Virus record (IMG/VR): IMGVR_UViG_2854869019_000002
Span: 2,707 to 66,706 of that record
DNA length: 64,000 nt
Source: a virus
Lineage: Duplodnaviria; Caudoviricetes
Reading direction: 5' to 3' (one strand)
Shown in pieces: positions 37,096 to 47,492 of this stretch (positions within the stretch are counted from its first letter, which is position 1; every line of letters starts with the position of its first letter). The position numbers were made by a program, and so were the translations under genes. The notes beneath the pieces were generated by a model. The model did not search any database. It had not been told where the DNA came from and worked only from the letters and a program-made list of their open reading frames with translations.

Positions 37096-38010
37096 ATGAC
37101 CAGAGCCGAAACGATTGATACCAGAAGATTGATCTCTGTCGCAGACCTAAATACCGAAATTGACAAAGAACCGCGCGTTGTTGACGTGCGTCTCGGTGCC
37201 GCTCTAGGCTTCGCTAGACCTCGGAAAATAAGAGAGATAATCGAAAGAAACCTTGAAGAAATAGAGGTTTATGGTTCTAGCGCCCCACGGCGGGGCTCTT
37301 ATCGCGGCAATGCTTTTACAGAGTACTATTTGAATGAACCGCAGGCCCTGCTTATTTGCATGTTTGCAAAGACGGTTGCGGCCGCCGCTGTTCGGAAAGC
37401 TCTGATCGACGTATTCATGGAATACCGTCTCGGTCGAACCGAAAAGCCCGTCAAAGTGCAGGCGCACAATCGCCGCACATCAACGAAGATTGATGATGCG
37501 CTTCGTCTTAAGCAAAATGTCGACAGACTCGAAAAGGTCGCAGCCTCGTTACAGCAGCCGGAACTGAAATCTCAAAATGTGTGCGCTATGATTATCGACG
37601 GCGAACCAGTTTGGGTTGATGTGAATAAATATGATGGCGATGGACGTGCGGTTGTTATTGAACATGACGGGCGCATGCGCATTCAGAATGTTGAGCGAGA
37701 ACAGATTCGCTTACGTCCGTTTGGAGCGCGAACCGCACTTGGCGAACGCTTTCGCTCACCGCACGGTGGCGTGTGTCGCAATTCGGTTGCGGTTGTTGGA
37801 ATGCTCATAGACCAAAGCCGTCCAATGGCGGCCTTACCAGATATGGGTGCCACCATTGATCATGAGGCGATGCCGAAAACACGAGCGCCATATAAGGAAG
37901 ACATTCTTCGACTACTGCCTACTGGAATGACCATGACCGCAATCGCGCGAAAGGTTGGATGTTCAACCGAGGCCGTAAAATATTGGCGCCGGAATACAGC
38001 AGTGGGTTAA
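37096..38010 (+). CDS. Antirepressor-like DNA-binding protein with C-terminal HTH
   Basis: LGFARPRKIREIIERN, EYYLNEPQALLICM; MTAIARKVGCS..AVKYW. Confidence 0.7.
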   Translation: MTRAETIDTRRLISVADLNTEIDKEPRVVDVRLGAALGFARPRKIREIIERNLEEIEVYGSSAPRRGSYRGNAFTEYYLNEPQALLICMFAKTVAAAAVRKALIDVFMEYRLGRTEKPVKVQAHNRRTSTKIDDALRLKQNVDRLEKVAASLQQPELKSQNVCAMIIDGEPVWVDVNKYDGDGRAVVIEHDGRMRIQNVEREQIRLRPFGARTALGERFRSPHGGVCRNSVAVVGMLIDQSRPMAALPDMGATIDHEAMPKTRAPYKEDILRLLPTGMTMTAIARKVGCSTEAVKYWRRNTAVG

Positions 38011-38222
38011 GGCATTTTGCCGGTTTTGAGAAAATCAACGCAATCTTGAATTCTCTTTGACGCTAGGCGCTTGTCGCTTGGCGTCTCATCTGGTGGGCCG
38101 TTCTGCGCAATTGAATGACAATTGGCAGCGAACTGCTGTCGTTCATTTTTTTGCTCATTCCAAAAATAGTAGCCGACGAACGCGATAATCGCGATGCAGG
38201 CTGCACCAATCAATAATTTCAT
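38007..38222 (-). CDS. Small membrane-anchored protein
   Basis: MKLLIGAACIAIIAFVGYYFW; periplasmic Cys pair. Confidence 0.6.
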   Translation of the reverse strand: MKLLIGAACIAIIAFVGYYFWNEQKNERQQFAANCHSIAQNGPPDETPSDKRLASKRIQDCVDFLKTGKMP

Positions 38223-38279
38223 CAGCTTCCCCAAGCTCGCATTCGTGCGAGCTTTTTTCTTATCAGGACATCGTTGACC

Positions 38280-41027
38280 ATGGCAAGAACTGACCTTGAA
38301 AGTCTGGTTGTTCAGCTTTCCACTGACTTCAAACAGCTTGAAAAAGGCCTTGCCCGCGCTCAGGGCGTCACCAATAAGCAATTTGGAGCCATCGAGCGTC
38401 GCGCGCGTCAGATGAACAAGAATCTGGACGGCATTTTTACACGTTCGTTTAGTGGTCTTGCCGCGCCATTGGCTGGCATTGGAGCCGCCCTTGGTGTCGA
38501 TCAGTTGCGACAGATGACTGATACGTGGACGGATATGACGTCCCGCGTCAATCTGGCCGCTGGATCGATCGATAAAGGCACGGAAGTTATGGGCCGTCTG
38601 GGCGAAATGGCCCGCCGTACCTATTCCGACCTCACTCAGACTGCCGAAAGCTATCTTTCAAATGCCACTGCTTTGAAAGAGCTTGGCTATAATACTGATG
38701 AATCCCTCAACTATACAGAATCACTGAATAACGCGCTTGTTGTGTCCGGCGCCAAAGGCGATCGAGCAGCGCGAGTAATCGATGCTCTCGCTAAGGCAAT
38801 GGCCCTTGGAAAGTTGCAGGGCGACAACCTCAATACGGTGATTGACTCAGGCGGACGCGCTGCAGAAGCTCTCGCCGCAGGCCTTGGAACAACCGTTGGC
38901 GGACTGCGCAAGCTTGGCGCAGAAGGTAAGATTACCGGCAACGATATTGTGCGTGGTCTATCGAGCCAGATGGAGAAATTGCGGCAGGAAGCGGCTGATA
39001 TGCCTGCAACCATTGGCGATGGCTTTACCCTTCTGAATAATGCATTGCTTCAGTATGTCGGCAATGCTGATAGCGCTGCTGGCGTGTCTGCGAAGATTTC
39101 CGAAGCACTCGTAATAATTGCTGACAACTTCGATAAGGTTGCAGATGCTGGATTGCAAGTTGCCGCGGTCATCGCTGGTGCTCTCGTAGGGCGTTCGCTC
39201 GCTGGCATGATCCGTACATTAGGATTGGCTGGTACTGCGCTCACCAGTTTCACTAAGGCGTTGGCCGCTGCACGCACTATGGGCGGGCTAGCAACTGCTT
39301 TTGGTGGCCTTGGAGCCGCTGCCGGACCTGTTGGGATGATCATCGGCGGGGCAGTTGTTGGCTCGCTGATCCTCTACAATAACACCGTCGGCAAGGCCAG
39401 CGAGTCTTCAGAAGTTTATGCCGCAGCTCTAAAAGAGGTTCAGGACGCGGCAAAAGACACAGGCGACGCAGTCGAAGAGGCTGGTGGGAAGATTGCCCGT
39501 GGCCTTCCGGATAAACTTGAGGGTGGCATAGCTGTTTCACTTGAGGAAATTGCGCAGGCTACTCAAACAGTTACGGATCAGTTCGATAACCTTCGAAATG
39601 TTAGTTTTGAAGGCGTGCCACAAGATGAAATCGATAAGGTAAGATCACTTGGCGAACAGTTCCGCTCCGGTGCAATTACTGCGCAAAAGTTAGCATCAGA
39701 GCTTGATGGCATTACACGCGCAAATCCTGCGTGGGAATCGTTTACGAGTTCCGTTGAACTATTCGTTGGCAAGCTGGTGGAAGCGGAGCAAGCTGCCCGT
39801 CTGTTGCAGGCAAGGCTAGCAGACACGCGTGCCGACATGGGCCGATCAGCAAAAGATGATGTTATCCGAGTTGATTTGAATGCAATCGCGGCGAACAACT
39901 ACGAAAAAGAAGCGCTGCGCAAAGCGTCTTTGAACAAGAAAGAGCACGCTCTGGAAATGGAGCGTATTCGTGTTCGTAACGATGCAATCAAAGATGGCAC
40001 TAAACTAACGGAAGAAGCTATCGACCGCATCGCGAAAGCCAATCTCGCTGCTCAGGAAAGCCGAACTGCCGAAGGCAAGAAGCCGAAGAAAGAAAAAAAG
40101 ACTCCGGCTGAAAAATTCGACACGACAGTTCAGGACGCCAACGACCGAACAGCGGCATTGGTCGCCGAGACTGAGGCGCTTCGTCAGATCAACCCGCTGA
40201 TCGACGATTATGGCTTTGCAGCTGAAAAGGCACGCACGGAGCAGGAACTACTCAACGCGGCTCAAAAGGCCGGCATTGCAATCACGCCTGAACTGCGATC
40301 GCAGATTGCTCAAACTGCCGATCAGTGGGCACTCGCAACCGCGGAAGCCAACAAGCTTAACCAAGCTCAAGGTGAACTAAGACAGAAGTCATCGGAATGG
40401 CGCAGCACCGAGTTTGATGCGTTTAAAGGACTGGTGACTGATCTTTCTTCTGGGAAGAATGCGGTCGAGGCGCTTACCGATGCACTGCAAAAAATGATCG
40501 ATAAGCTGCTCGACATGACGCTGAACAACCTTTTCGACGGCTTGTTCGGCAAGTCGGGAAGTCTGTTCGGCGGGTTCATGGGGTTCAAAGACGGCGGACT
40601 GCCTAAGTTTGCTAATGGAACGCCATCGCAGCCAGGTCCCGGCCTTATTCGCGGACCCGGCACAGGTCGCAGTGACAGCATTATCGCGCGAGTGTCGAAT
40701 AGAGAGTTCATCACAAACGCTCGCTCGACAGCCAAACATCGCGGATTATTGGAAGCTATCAATGAGGACAGGATACCTGCTTTCGCGACCGGAACACCAA
40801 GCCTGCGAGCGCCCTCGATGCCGACTTTGCAAGCACCTCAACGTCAGAGCGCAGTGCAAGCCGCACCACAGATCAATATCAACATCGCGAGCGCAAGTGG
40901 TGACGATTACATCCGATCCGTGGTCAGTGATGGTGTCAGCCAAGGTCTGAAGCAATACGACAAATCAGGCCCGATGCGCTTTGCTCGAGACAGTAAACAG
41001 GCTTCAAGGCGGGGGTTGGTGCGATGA
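38280..41027 (+). CDS. Tape measure protein
   Basis: Long Ala/Gly helical protein, MALGKLQGDNL, GPGTGRSDSI..RVSNREF. Confidence 0.93.
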   Translation: MARTDLESLVVQLSTDFKQLEKGLARAQGVTNKQFGAIERRARQMNKNLDGIFTRSFSGLAAPLAGIGAALGVDQLRQMTDTWTDMTSRVNLAAGSIDKGTEVMGRLGEMARRTYSDLTQTAESYLSNATALKELGYNTDESLNYTESLNNALVVSGAKGDRAARVIDALAKAMALGKLQGDNLNTVIDSGGRAAEALAAGLGTTVGGLRKLGAEGKITGNDIVRGLSSQMEKLRQEAADMPATIGDGFTLLNNALLQYVGNADSAAGVSAKISEALVIIADNFDKVADAGLQVAAVIAGALVGRSLAGMIRTLGLAGTALTSFTKALAAARTMGGLATAFGGLGAAAGPVGMIIGGAVVGSLILYNNTVGKASESSEVYAAALKEVQDAAKDTGDAVEEAGGKIARGLPDKLEGGIAVSLEEIAQATQTVTDQFDNLRNVSFEGVPQDEIDKVRSLGEQFRSGAITAQKLASELDGITRANPAWESFTSSVELFVGKLVEAEQAARLLQARLADTRADMGRSAKDDVIRVDLNAIAANNYEKEALRKASLNKKEHALEMERIRVRNDAIKDGTKLTEEAIDRIAKANLAAQESRTAEGKKPKKEKKTPAEKFDTTVQDANDRTAALVAETEALRQINPLIDDYGFAAEKARTEQELLNAAQKAGIAITPELRSQIAQTADQWALATAEANKLNQAQGELRQKSSEWRSTEFDAFKGLVTDLSSGKNAVEALTDALQKMIDKLLDMTLNNLFDGLFGKSGSLFGGFMGFKDGGLPKFANGTPSQPGPGLIRGPGTGRSDSIIARVSNREFITNARSTAKHRGLLEAINEDRIPAFATGTPSLRAPSMPTLQAPQRQSAVQAAPQININIASASGDDYIRSVVSDGVSQGLKQYDKSGPMRFARDSKQASRRGLVR

Positions 41028-41641
41028 TCGATCTTATTTCCACCGTCCGGTTTGTGCCGTCCTACCCGATGCTGAACAACCCGACCAGCCAGACGAAATT
41101 CGGCGGTCGGCTTATATCGACGGTCGAGTTTGTTGATCCGTATCGAACCGTTGACATGGAAACGCTGCCGATGAAGGCCAGTGAGGCGGTTCAGCTTCAA
41201 GCCTTCATTGCGGCTGCTAAGGGCGGCATGGAAACGATTGTTTATCGTCCGAAGCATATCTGCATTCCGCGCGCCTATTGGGGCGACCCGAATAACACGC
41301 ACATTACTGGCACAGCATCACGCGGGACTGTGACAGGCGGCTATTCGGTCCAATTGACGGGCGTTGTCCCCGGGCTTCAATTGATGGACGGCGACATGTT
41401 CTCGCTAAAGAGTGGCGACTATAGGCAGTTCTTACAGGTCGCTTATGGTGGTGGCGCAACGGCTGTCAGCACCACGATAACCGTCAAAGTCGATCAACCA
41501 ATTGCCTCTTATATCGCAGCGGGTGCTACGGCTCGGTTCAAGCAGCCAGAAATGAACGCCCGGCTTGTCAAAGACAGCTTCCAGATGACGAAGGGGCCGC
41601 GGCCGACAGGGACATTCCAGTTGATTGAGGTGCCGAAGTGA
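41024..41641 (+). CDS. Distal tail protein
   Basis: Directly after TMP, ATGA coupled. Confidence 0.65.
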   Translation: MIDLISTVRFVPSYPMLNNPTSQTKFGGRLISTVEFVDPYRTVDMETLPMKASEAVQLQAFIAAAKGGMETIVYRPKHICIPRAYWGDPNNTHITGTASRGTVTGGYSVQLTGVVPGLQLMDGDMFSLKSGDYRQFLQVAYGGGATAVSTTITVKVDQPIASYIAAGATARFKQPEMNARLVKDSFQMTKGPRPTGTFQLIEVPK

Positions 41642-41662
41642 AGGACGACTTTTAGAGCCGTA

Positions 41663-41836
41663 TCAACGATGAGATTTGCTGATTGACCCGGCGACTGTCT
41701 GGTCTATCGCAACGGTCACGCGGCTATCAGAGCCATAAGCCGAATAAACGGCAAGCATTGCCAGCACCAATGGTGCGGCAAGTATGGCGCTTCTTATTGC
41801 GGTTTCTGCGATTGGCGAGCGGGATCGTCTTCTCAT
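41663..41836 (-). CDS. Small TM protein (57 aa) inserted in tail operon
   Basis: Manual translation MRRRSRSP...LVLAMLAVY...IDQTVAGSISK. Confidence 0.45.
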   Translation of the reverse strand: MRRRSRSPIAETAIRSAILAAPLVLAMLAVYSAYGSDSRVTVAIDQTVAGSISKSHR

Positions 41837-41941
41837 GATCTTTTAATGGCGTATTTAGCTTAAAGCTCCGTAAAACGGTGTGGTTAATCATCCGTATTCT
41901 TCAGTGAAGCCAGCCCACAATCATCATCAGTAGGAGGCTTC

Positions 41942-42511
41942 ATGGCTTTCCCAACTCGTTTACAGCAATTGCTGGAGGAGGGGCGCATTGTTGTGCGCTC
42001 TCTCGGAGAATTTCAGTTTGGCACTGGCTTTTGGTATATGTGGAACGGCTCATCCGAGTTAACTTGGAACGGCAATACTTACATCCCGAACCAGCTGATT
42101 GCGATTGAAGAGCCGCCGTATCAGATGGGTGCTGAAGCACTTCCGATCACGATCACCATGCCGACAGCAGCGGATTATGGCGTGACGCCTGATAAGCTCG
42201 CTCAGATAGAAAGCGTGGATTACAAGGGCCGTACGGTCATCTTGTCCGACGCTTATTTCGATCCGGATACCCGCGAACTGCTGCATGTCGAGCCGATGTA
42301 TCGTGGCTACATCGACACGATTGATCACGTCATTGACGACGGCGAGATGGTTCTAAAAGCCAACGTGGAAACGTCAGCGCTGGAAAACCATCGTGATGGC
42401 TATCGCACCGCTTCGCATGAAGATCAGCAGCTTTTATCACCGGGTGACAAGTTCTTTGAATATGCCTCGACCGTGAAGCGCGAGAACTTCTACATCACGC
42501 CGTACCAATAA
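41942..42511 (+). CDS. Minor tail protein (DUF2163-like)
   Basis: WNGNTY, YRGYID, EDQQ...PGDKFFEY. Confidence 0.75.
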   Translation: MAFPTRLQQLLEEGRIVVRSLGEFQFGTGFWYMWNGSSELTWNGNTYIPNQLIAIEEPPYQMGAEALPITITMPTAADYGVTPDKLAQIESVDYKGRTVILSDAYFDPDTRELLHVEPMYRGYIDTIDHVIDDGEMVLKANVETSALENHRDGYRTASHEDQQLLSPGDKFFEYASTVKRENFYITPYQ

Positions 42512-42535
42512 ACACTCCTGACAGTTAGGACTGCC

Positions 42536-42925
42536 ATGCATCCGCAATGGGAAAAACGCCTCGTGGCTGTCACGGAGGCGCACATAAAAACGCCTCTGGT
42601 CTGGGGTAAATCGGACTGTCTCTTGACCACCTGTGACGCGATTGAAGCTATAACCGGCACCGATCCGGCTGCTGATATTCGCGGCAAGTACAAGAGCAAG
42701 GCCGGTGCTTATCGCCTGATCAAACAGCGTGGCTATGACAATCTCGGAGCCGTCCTTGCTGATCGCTTTGCAGAAACTCCGGTCGCAATGGCTGGTCGCG
42801 GCGATGTTGGTATTTACCAGAACACGGTCGGCTACTTCTGCGAATACGGCTTCGCGGTGAAAGGCGAAGACGGTTTGCGTTTCCTGCCGCGCACAATGGC
42901 CGAGAGGGCCTTCAAGGTTTCCTGA
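42536..42925 (+). CDS. NlpC/P60-like tail assembly protein (DUF6950-like)
   Basis: WGKSDC, TGTDP, RGDV. Confidence 0.8.
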   Translation: MHPQWEKRLVAVTEAHIKTPLVWGKSDCLLTTCDAIEAITGTDPAADIRGKYKSKAGAYRLIKQRGYDNLGAVLADRFAETPVAMAGRGDVGIYQNTVGYFCEYGFAVKGEDGLRFLPRTMAERAFKVS

Positions 42926-45555
42926 TGTTTTACATTTTGGCGATTTTATTCGCGCTGCTGGCATCGCCCGCGGCGGCGGACCCTGTTTCACTCGTTACAG
43001 GCATTGTCGGCCTTGGCTCTTGGCTGTTTGGTGGTACGGTTCTTGCGAATATTGTGCTTGGCGGACTTCTAGTTGCTGCCAAGTATGCGCTGACATCGAT
43101 CTTTCAGCAGACGCCTAAATCGTCAGCCTCGGCAACAGAAACCAAATACGGCGAAAACCTCGTGCGCGAAGTTGGCCTCGGTGTCTTTGGCACAATGGGC
43201 CACCACATCTATCGAAACGCGTTCGACAAGGGCAACCACATTGTTCAGGACGTGTTCAAGCTGTCTGACTTCCGTTGCCTTGAACTTCTGCGGGTTCAGA
43301 TGGATGGCGAATGGAAGTCGCTTTCTCCTGATCAGCAGGGCGACGAGGGCCGCATATATGGTCAGCGCATCCTTGGTGTGAAGGACGGTGGACAATGTTT
43401 CGTTCGCTTCTATCAGGGAGCGTTTGACCAGACAGCCGACCCGGCACTGATCGCTTATGCAAACCCTGCCGGTCGCTGGACAACAGCACACCGCGGCGCT
43501 GGCCTTTGCTATGCGATTGTCACTACAATGACGGACGTGGACAATCTTACGGCTGTTCCAAGCCTTATGTTTGAGGTTCGCGGCGCACCACTCTATGACC
43601 CTCGTAAAGATAGCTCTGTCGGCGGCTTTGGTACACATCGCTGGAATGACCAGAGTACGTGGGAGTTCAGCAACAATAACGCTGTGATGATGTTTAACCT
43701 CGAACGAGGCCTATACATCGGTACTGAGAAGCTTGTCGGTCGCGGTGTGGCTGCAAGCCGCCTGCCTTTGTCTGAATGGTTCACCGCAATGAATATCTGC
43801 GATGAGGTCATGTCAGACGGCAGCAAGCGCTATAGTGCAGCCCTGATTGCTTCCTCTGGCGACGGCGTTACCCACGAAACAAATATGACGCCTTTGCGAG
43901 AAGGTTGCGCAGGCTCCTGGATCGAAGCCGTTACAGGTGAATATCCTATCGTTGGTGCAAATCAGGCGGTTGTCGCGACAATCAGTGATGATGACATTGC
44001 TTGGGAAAAGCCTTTCCAGCTGTCACTCACGCGCACGAGAACTGAACTGGTCAACACGGTCGCCGCGTCATATGTGAGCCCAGACTTATTCTACGAAACC
44101 ACTTCACTGACGACGCGTATAGATGCACTTGCTTTGGCGCAAGATCGTGAGCGACTGGCTTCAAAGGTCGATTACACGGCGGTTACCGATCATCGCGTTG
44201 GCGACCGGTTGGCAGACATCGCAATCCGCGCCTCGCGCTATCAAGCGAACGGCAGCTTTACGGTTCATCCAAAGTTTCTAGCGCTTCAGGTAGGCCAGTG
44301 GGTGCAATGGCAGTCTGATCGTTACAACCGTACGATCAAGCTGCAAATCCATTCCAAGTCTCTTGGTGCAATGGGTAGTGACAGCGTTCGCGATGTTTCG
44401 ATCTCTTGGCAGGAGGTGGGCGACGGCATCTTCGATCCAACTGCGTATGCGACCAACCCTCCTATACCAATCCCGAACGGTCAACCTGATTATCTTGGAG
44501 AGGTTCAGAACTTCAATGCAATTCCGAACAAGGTAGTAAGCGAAGCTGGTCAGGAATACCCCGGCATCCGTCTGTTCTGGGATACGATTGAGGATGGAAC
44601 GGTTGAAGGCGTAGATATTCTGTATTGGCCTGATAATGATCCATCGCAGCTTTTCAGCAACTATGTCACTCGTGATGTGACTGTGTTTCAGATTGTCAAC
44701 GGCCTGACCAGCCTATCTGACTGGTGGGTCCGCACCAGATTGCGAGTTGCAGCGGGAACACGGCCAGTCGCTTGGGCGGTTGCCGAGAAGGTAAGAACTC
44801 TTGACGCTTCTGGTGATGATAGTCTGGTTGATTACGAGCGGCTTGATGGTGACGTTAAGGGCCTAGTTAATTGGATGACGGATGACCGGCGTGAACTGGT
44901 GCGACAAGCGCAAGAGAACGCCACTTCATCTGCTGATGGGCTTCTCAGCGCCTATTCCAATATTCAGCGACTTAGTCGTCAACTTACCAGTACGTTTGGT
45001 ACGGCTCAGGCATCTTGGAAAGAAGATATTTTTGTCGCCACAGGGCCGACAAGTGCCATTGGTCAACAATTGACACAGATCAATGTAAGCCTCGGCGATA
45101 AAGCCGATGCAAGCACTGTCGTGTTGTTACAAAGCCGTGTTGATGGCGTTGAAGGCAATATGACGGCTGTCTCAAATGCGCTGACTGAAGTCAATGCGTC
45201 GGTAGATGGCACTGTGTCAAATGCGGCTTGGCGCATGACAGCTATTGCGGGCAGTGGCGGTTCTTCAGTGAGGATTTCAGCTTTTGCCCGCATTAGTTCA
45301 GGCGATAGCTGGAAACAAGCCGGTTGGTTTGTGAATGTCACTCCAACCACCAGTCAGTTCATTGTGATCGCGAACCAATTTGCCATTGCTGATCCCGATA
45401 ATCAGGGCAACTTTAGCTATCCGTTTGTTGTCCAGTCAGGTGTCACAGTTCTTAACGTCGCGAATATTGGTCAGTTCACAGCAGGCATTGGAACTTCGCC
45501 AGATGGTCGCTTCCGATTAGACTTCCGTGCCGGCTCAATCGAGTGGTTTGATTAA
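42925..45555 (+). CDS. Tail tip / central fibre protein (J-like)
   Basis: VRG.PLYDPRKDSS.GG.G.HR, C-terminal SQFIVIANQFAI..PFVV. Confidence 0.88.
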   Translation: MFYILAILFALLASPAAADPVSLVTGIVGLGSWLFGGTVLANIVLGGLLVAAKYALTSIFQQTPKSSASATETKYGENLVREVGLGVFGTMGHHIYRNAFDKGNHIVQDVFKLSDFRCLELLRVQMDGEWKSLSPDQQGDEGRIYGQRILGVKDGGQCFVRFYQGAFDQTADPALIAYANPAGRWTTAHRGAGLCYAIVTTMTDVDNLTAVPSLMFEVRGAPLYDPRKDSSVGGFGTHRWNDQSTWEFSNNNAVMMFNLERGLYIGTEKLVGRGVAASRLPLSEWFTAMNICDEVMSDGSKRYSAALIASSGDGVTHETNMTPLREGCAGSWIEAVTGEYPIVGANQAVVATISDDDIAWEKPFQLSLTRTRTELVNTVAASYVSPDLFYETTSLTTRIDALALAQDRERLASKVDYTAVTDHRVGDRLADIAIRASRYQANGSFTVHPKFLALQVGQWVQWQSDRYNRTIKLQIHSKSLGAMGSDSVRDVSISWQEVGDGIFDPTAYATNPPIPIPNGQPDYLGEVQNFNAIPNKVVSEAGQEYPGIRLFWDTIEDGTVEGVDILYWPDNDPSQLFSNYVTRDVTVFQIVNGLTSLSDWWVRTRLRVAAGTRPVAWAVAEKVRTLDASGDDSLVDYERLDGDVKGLVNWMTDDRRELVRQAQENATSSADGLLSAYSNIQRLSRQLTSTFGTAQASWKEDIFVATGPTSAIGQQLTQINVSLGDKADASTVVLLQSRVDGVEGNMTAVSNALTEVNASVDGTVSNAAWRMTAIAGSGGSSVRISAFARISSGDSWKQAGWFVNVTPTTSQFIVIANQFAIADPDNQGNFSYPFVVQSGVTVLNVANIGQFTAGIGTSPDGRFRLDFRAGSIEWFD

Positions 45556-45945
45556 ATGTCGAGAGGTTTCCTAAAGGATGTAGGAGGTGTTAAGCGCCTT
45601 CGCATCGTCAAAGCTGGCTATGATGCCAATAATCTAAACCTGCCTTACAACGCTGTGGTGTTCGACAGCATATTCCCCACCAATCTGACGCCTTGGGCAA
45701 CGGGAGTTGCAAGGGTGGCTACGGCTGGAACAAATCTGAAAATAGTTTCATGGCCAAGCCCCGGGTATATTCCGATGACAATCGTCAATGTCAAAGCTGC
45801 GAACGGCGAGATTTATTACAATGTCGTTCCTTGGACTTCGAACAATCCGCGTATGTTTGCTTCTGCAGACGGTATTTATCTCAGTGCCGGTTCACTGAAC
45901 TTGCCGTTTGATGTTTCATACATGGCTTTCCGGGTGGCTTCCTGA
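45556..45945 (+). CDS. Minor tail protein
   Basis: LRIVKAGYDA..VFDS motif; synteny. Confidence 0.7.
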   Translation: MSRGFLKDVGGVKRLRIVKAGYDANNLNLPYNAVVFDSIFPTNLTPWATGVARVATAGTNLKIVSWPSPGYIPMTIVNVKAANGEIYYNVVPWTSNNPRMFASADGIYLSAGSLNLPFDVSYMAFRVAS

Positions 45946-46343
45946 TGGTTCAACGTGGATGGATTGATCTGGCAAGCAGCGTGTTCCGAGTTTCTATGCC
46001 GGGAGTAAATGTTAGGACCGCCACACAAAGTCAGCTCATTGTTGATGAGCGCGTCATTTACCCGCAAATTCTACAGGTGATATTCGTACCATTTGTTTCG
46101 GGTAGTCCTGTTTCTGTGGTGCCGATTATCGACTACGGATTTGTACCGAGGGTGTGGGCTTATGGACGATACTCTGGCGAGGACAATCGCTCGTTCCCCG
46201 CCCGAGCTAGTTACTCATCAGGTGGGAGCAATCAGCTTCAAAACCACTTCTTCTTTGCTGCAACTCGCAATCAAATTGTCGTTGAGTTTCCAACTCCAAC
46301 CTTTTTACGCGGGGCACAATTGATCACCATGAGGCCGTCATGA
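45945..46343 (+). CDS. Minor tail protein
   Basis: FRVSMPGVNV..LIVD motif; coupled. Confidence 0.7.
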   Translation: MVQRGWIDLASSVFRVSMPGVNVRTATQSQLIVDERVIYPQILQVIFVPFVSGSPVSVVPIIDYGFVPRVWAYGRYSGEDNRSFPARASYSSGGSNQLQNHFFFAATRNQIVVEFPTPTFLRGAQLITMRPS

Positions 46344-46765
46344 CGAGCGCGCGTATTAGCAAAGATGGTGTTTTTATCGCGAAGCCTGGAAGGCAAATTG
46401 AAGAAGGTGAAGCTGCATTATCCTTCTCGCCTATCGGCTCGCAACAACAGATATTAATGGCAGGGAGTGCGGCCTTTGCAGCTTACAATCCGGGGGGCGA
46501 TATGGGCGGCACCTACAATAGGGCAGTTGTACCATTTGGCACGACTTTCGTTGAGCCTCCAGTGGCTTACTGCATGGCAAACGACGCTGGAGGTACCAGA
46601 GAGATAGCTCTCACCATGTACTTGAGCCTCGTCGGGTCAGTGGTTCGACGTGAGCCGCAAATCTGGTGGGAGACTACTGTTTCGGAATTGCGCGTCTATT
46701 CATATTGGGCGCTGTCATCCACACCTAGCGCAAGCTTCGTAATTTGCAGAAATGAGGCATCGTAA
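46340..46765 (+). CDS. Minor tail protein
   Basis: VFIAKPG motif; coupled. Confidence 0.7.
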   Translation: MTSARISKDGVFIAKPGRQIEEGEAALSFSPIGSQQQILMAGSAAFAAYNPGGDMGGTYNRAVVPFGTTFVEPPVAYCMANDAGGTREIALTMYLSLVGSVVRREPQIWWETTVSELRVYSYWALSSTPSASFVICRNEAS

Positions 46766-47157
46766 TGCTCATTGTTCACGACGTGGATGGACGCATCCTG
46801 TTTATATCAACTTATCACGCTGCTGATGATTACGAGGATGCACTGACAGAGCAATGCCTCGGTTTCATTCGCTACGACCAACCGTGCGATGCTTCTAAAG
46901 TCGTCGCAACTCACTTTGTCGAAGATGGATCATTGAAGGAACGGCCATCGATCAGCATTGCCAAAACGACTGTGAAAGTCGGCGAGCTGATCGAAGTCAG
47001 TGGATTGCGTGGGAAAGCGACAATCCAGATCGATGATGAGGAATATTCGATTGAAGATGAAACTCTCAACTTCGAAGCGGAATATCCCGGCGAGTATGTG
47101 ATCAAGGTCGATGCATGGCCATGCCTGCCATTTGAAGCACAGGTGAATGTCGAATGA
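46765..47157 (+). CDS. Tail-associated hypothetical protein
   Basis: Coupled ORF, PGEY.I...WP. Confidence 0.65.
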   Translation: MLIVHDVDGRILFISTYHAADDYEDALTEQCLGFIRYDQPCDASKVVATHFVEDGSLKERPSISIAKTTVKVGELIEVSGLRGKATIQIDDEEYSIEDETLNFEAEYPGEYVIKVDAWPCLPFEAQVNVE

Positions 47158-47477
47158 AGCTCTCACTCAAAAAAGACATGACTTGGGAACGGTCAAAGGC
47201 ACGGCTTCGACTGGATGCACAATTTCAGTCACGGATAATCGAAGCGATAGGTGACAAAGCCGCGCTCTATGCTGTGAAATATGCATCGGCTTTGGCCTAC
47301 ATGAACGGAATGCCTTCACCTCTGATTGAAAGTGCGGAAGAGGCTCAAGCCATCATAGCCAAGAATACCGAAATGCAATCTCGCCTAGCTGTCATCGAGA
47401 CGGAGCGTCAGGCGTTGCAAACGCAGATCGATAAGGCGGGAACAATGCACGATCTTGCTAGATTTTTAAGCTTTTAG
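47154..47477 (+). CDS. Tail-associated helical protein
   Basis: Coupled ORF. Confidence 0.65.
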   Translation: MKLSLKKDMTWERSKARLRLDAQFQSRIIEAIGDKAALYAVKYASALAYMNGMPSPLIESAEEAQAIIAKNTEMQSRLAVIETERQALQTQIDKAGTMHDLARFLSF

Positions 47478-47492
47478 TCATCGGAGAATACA

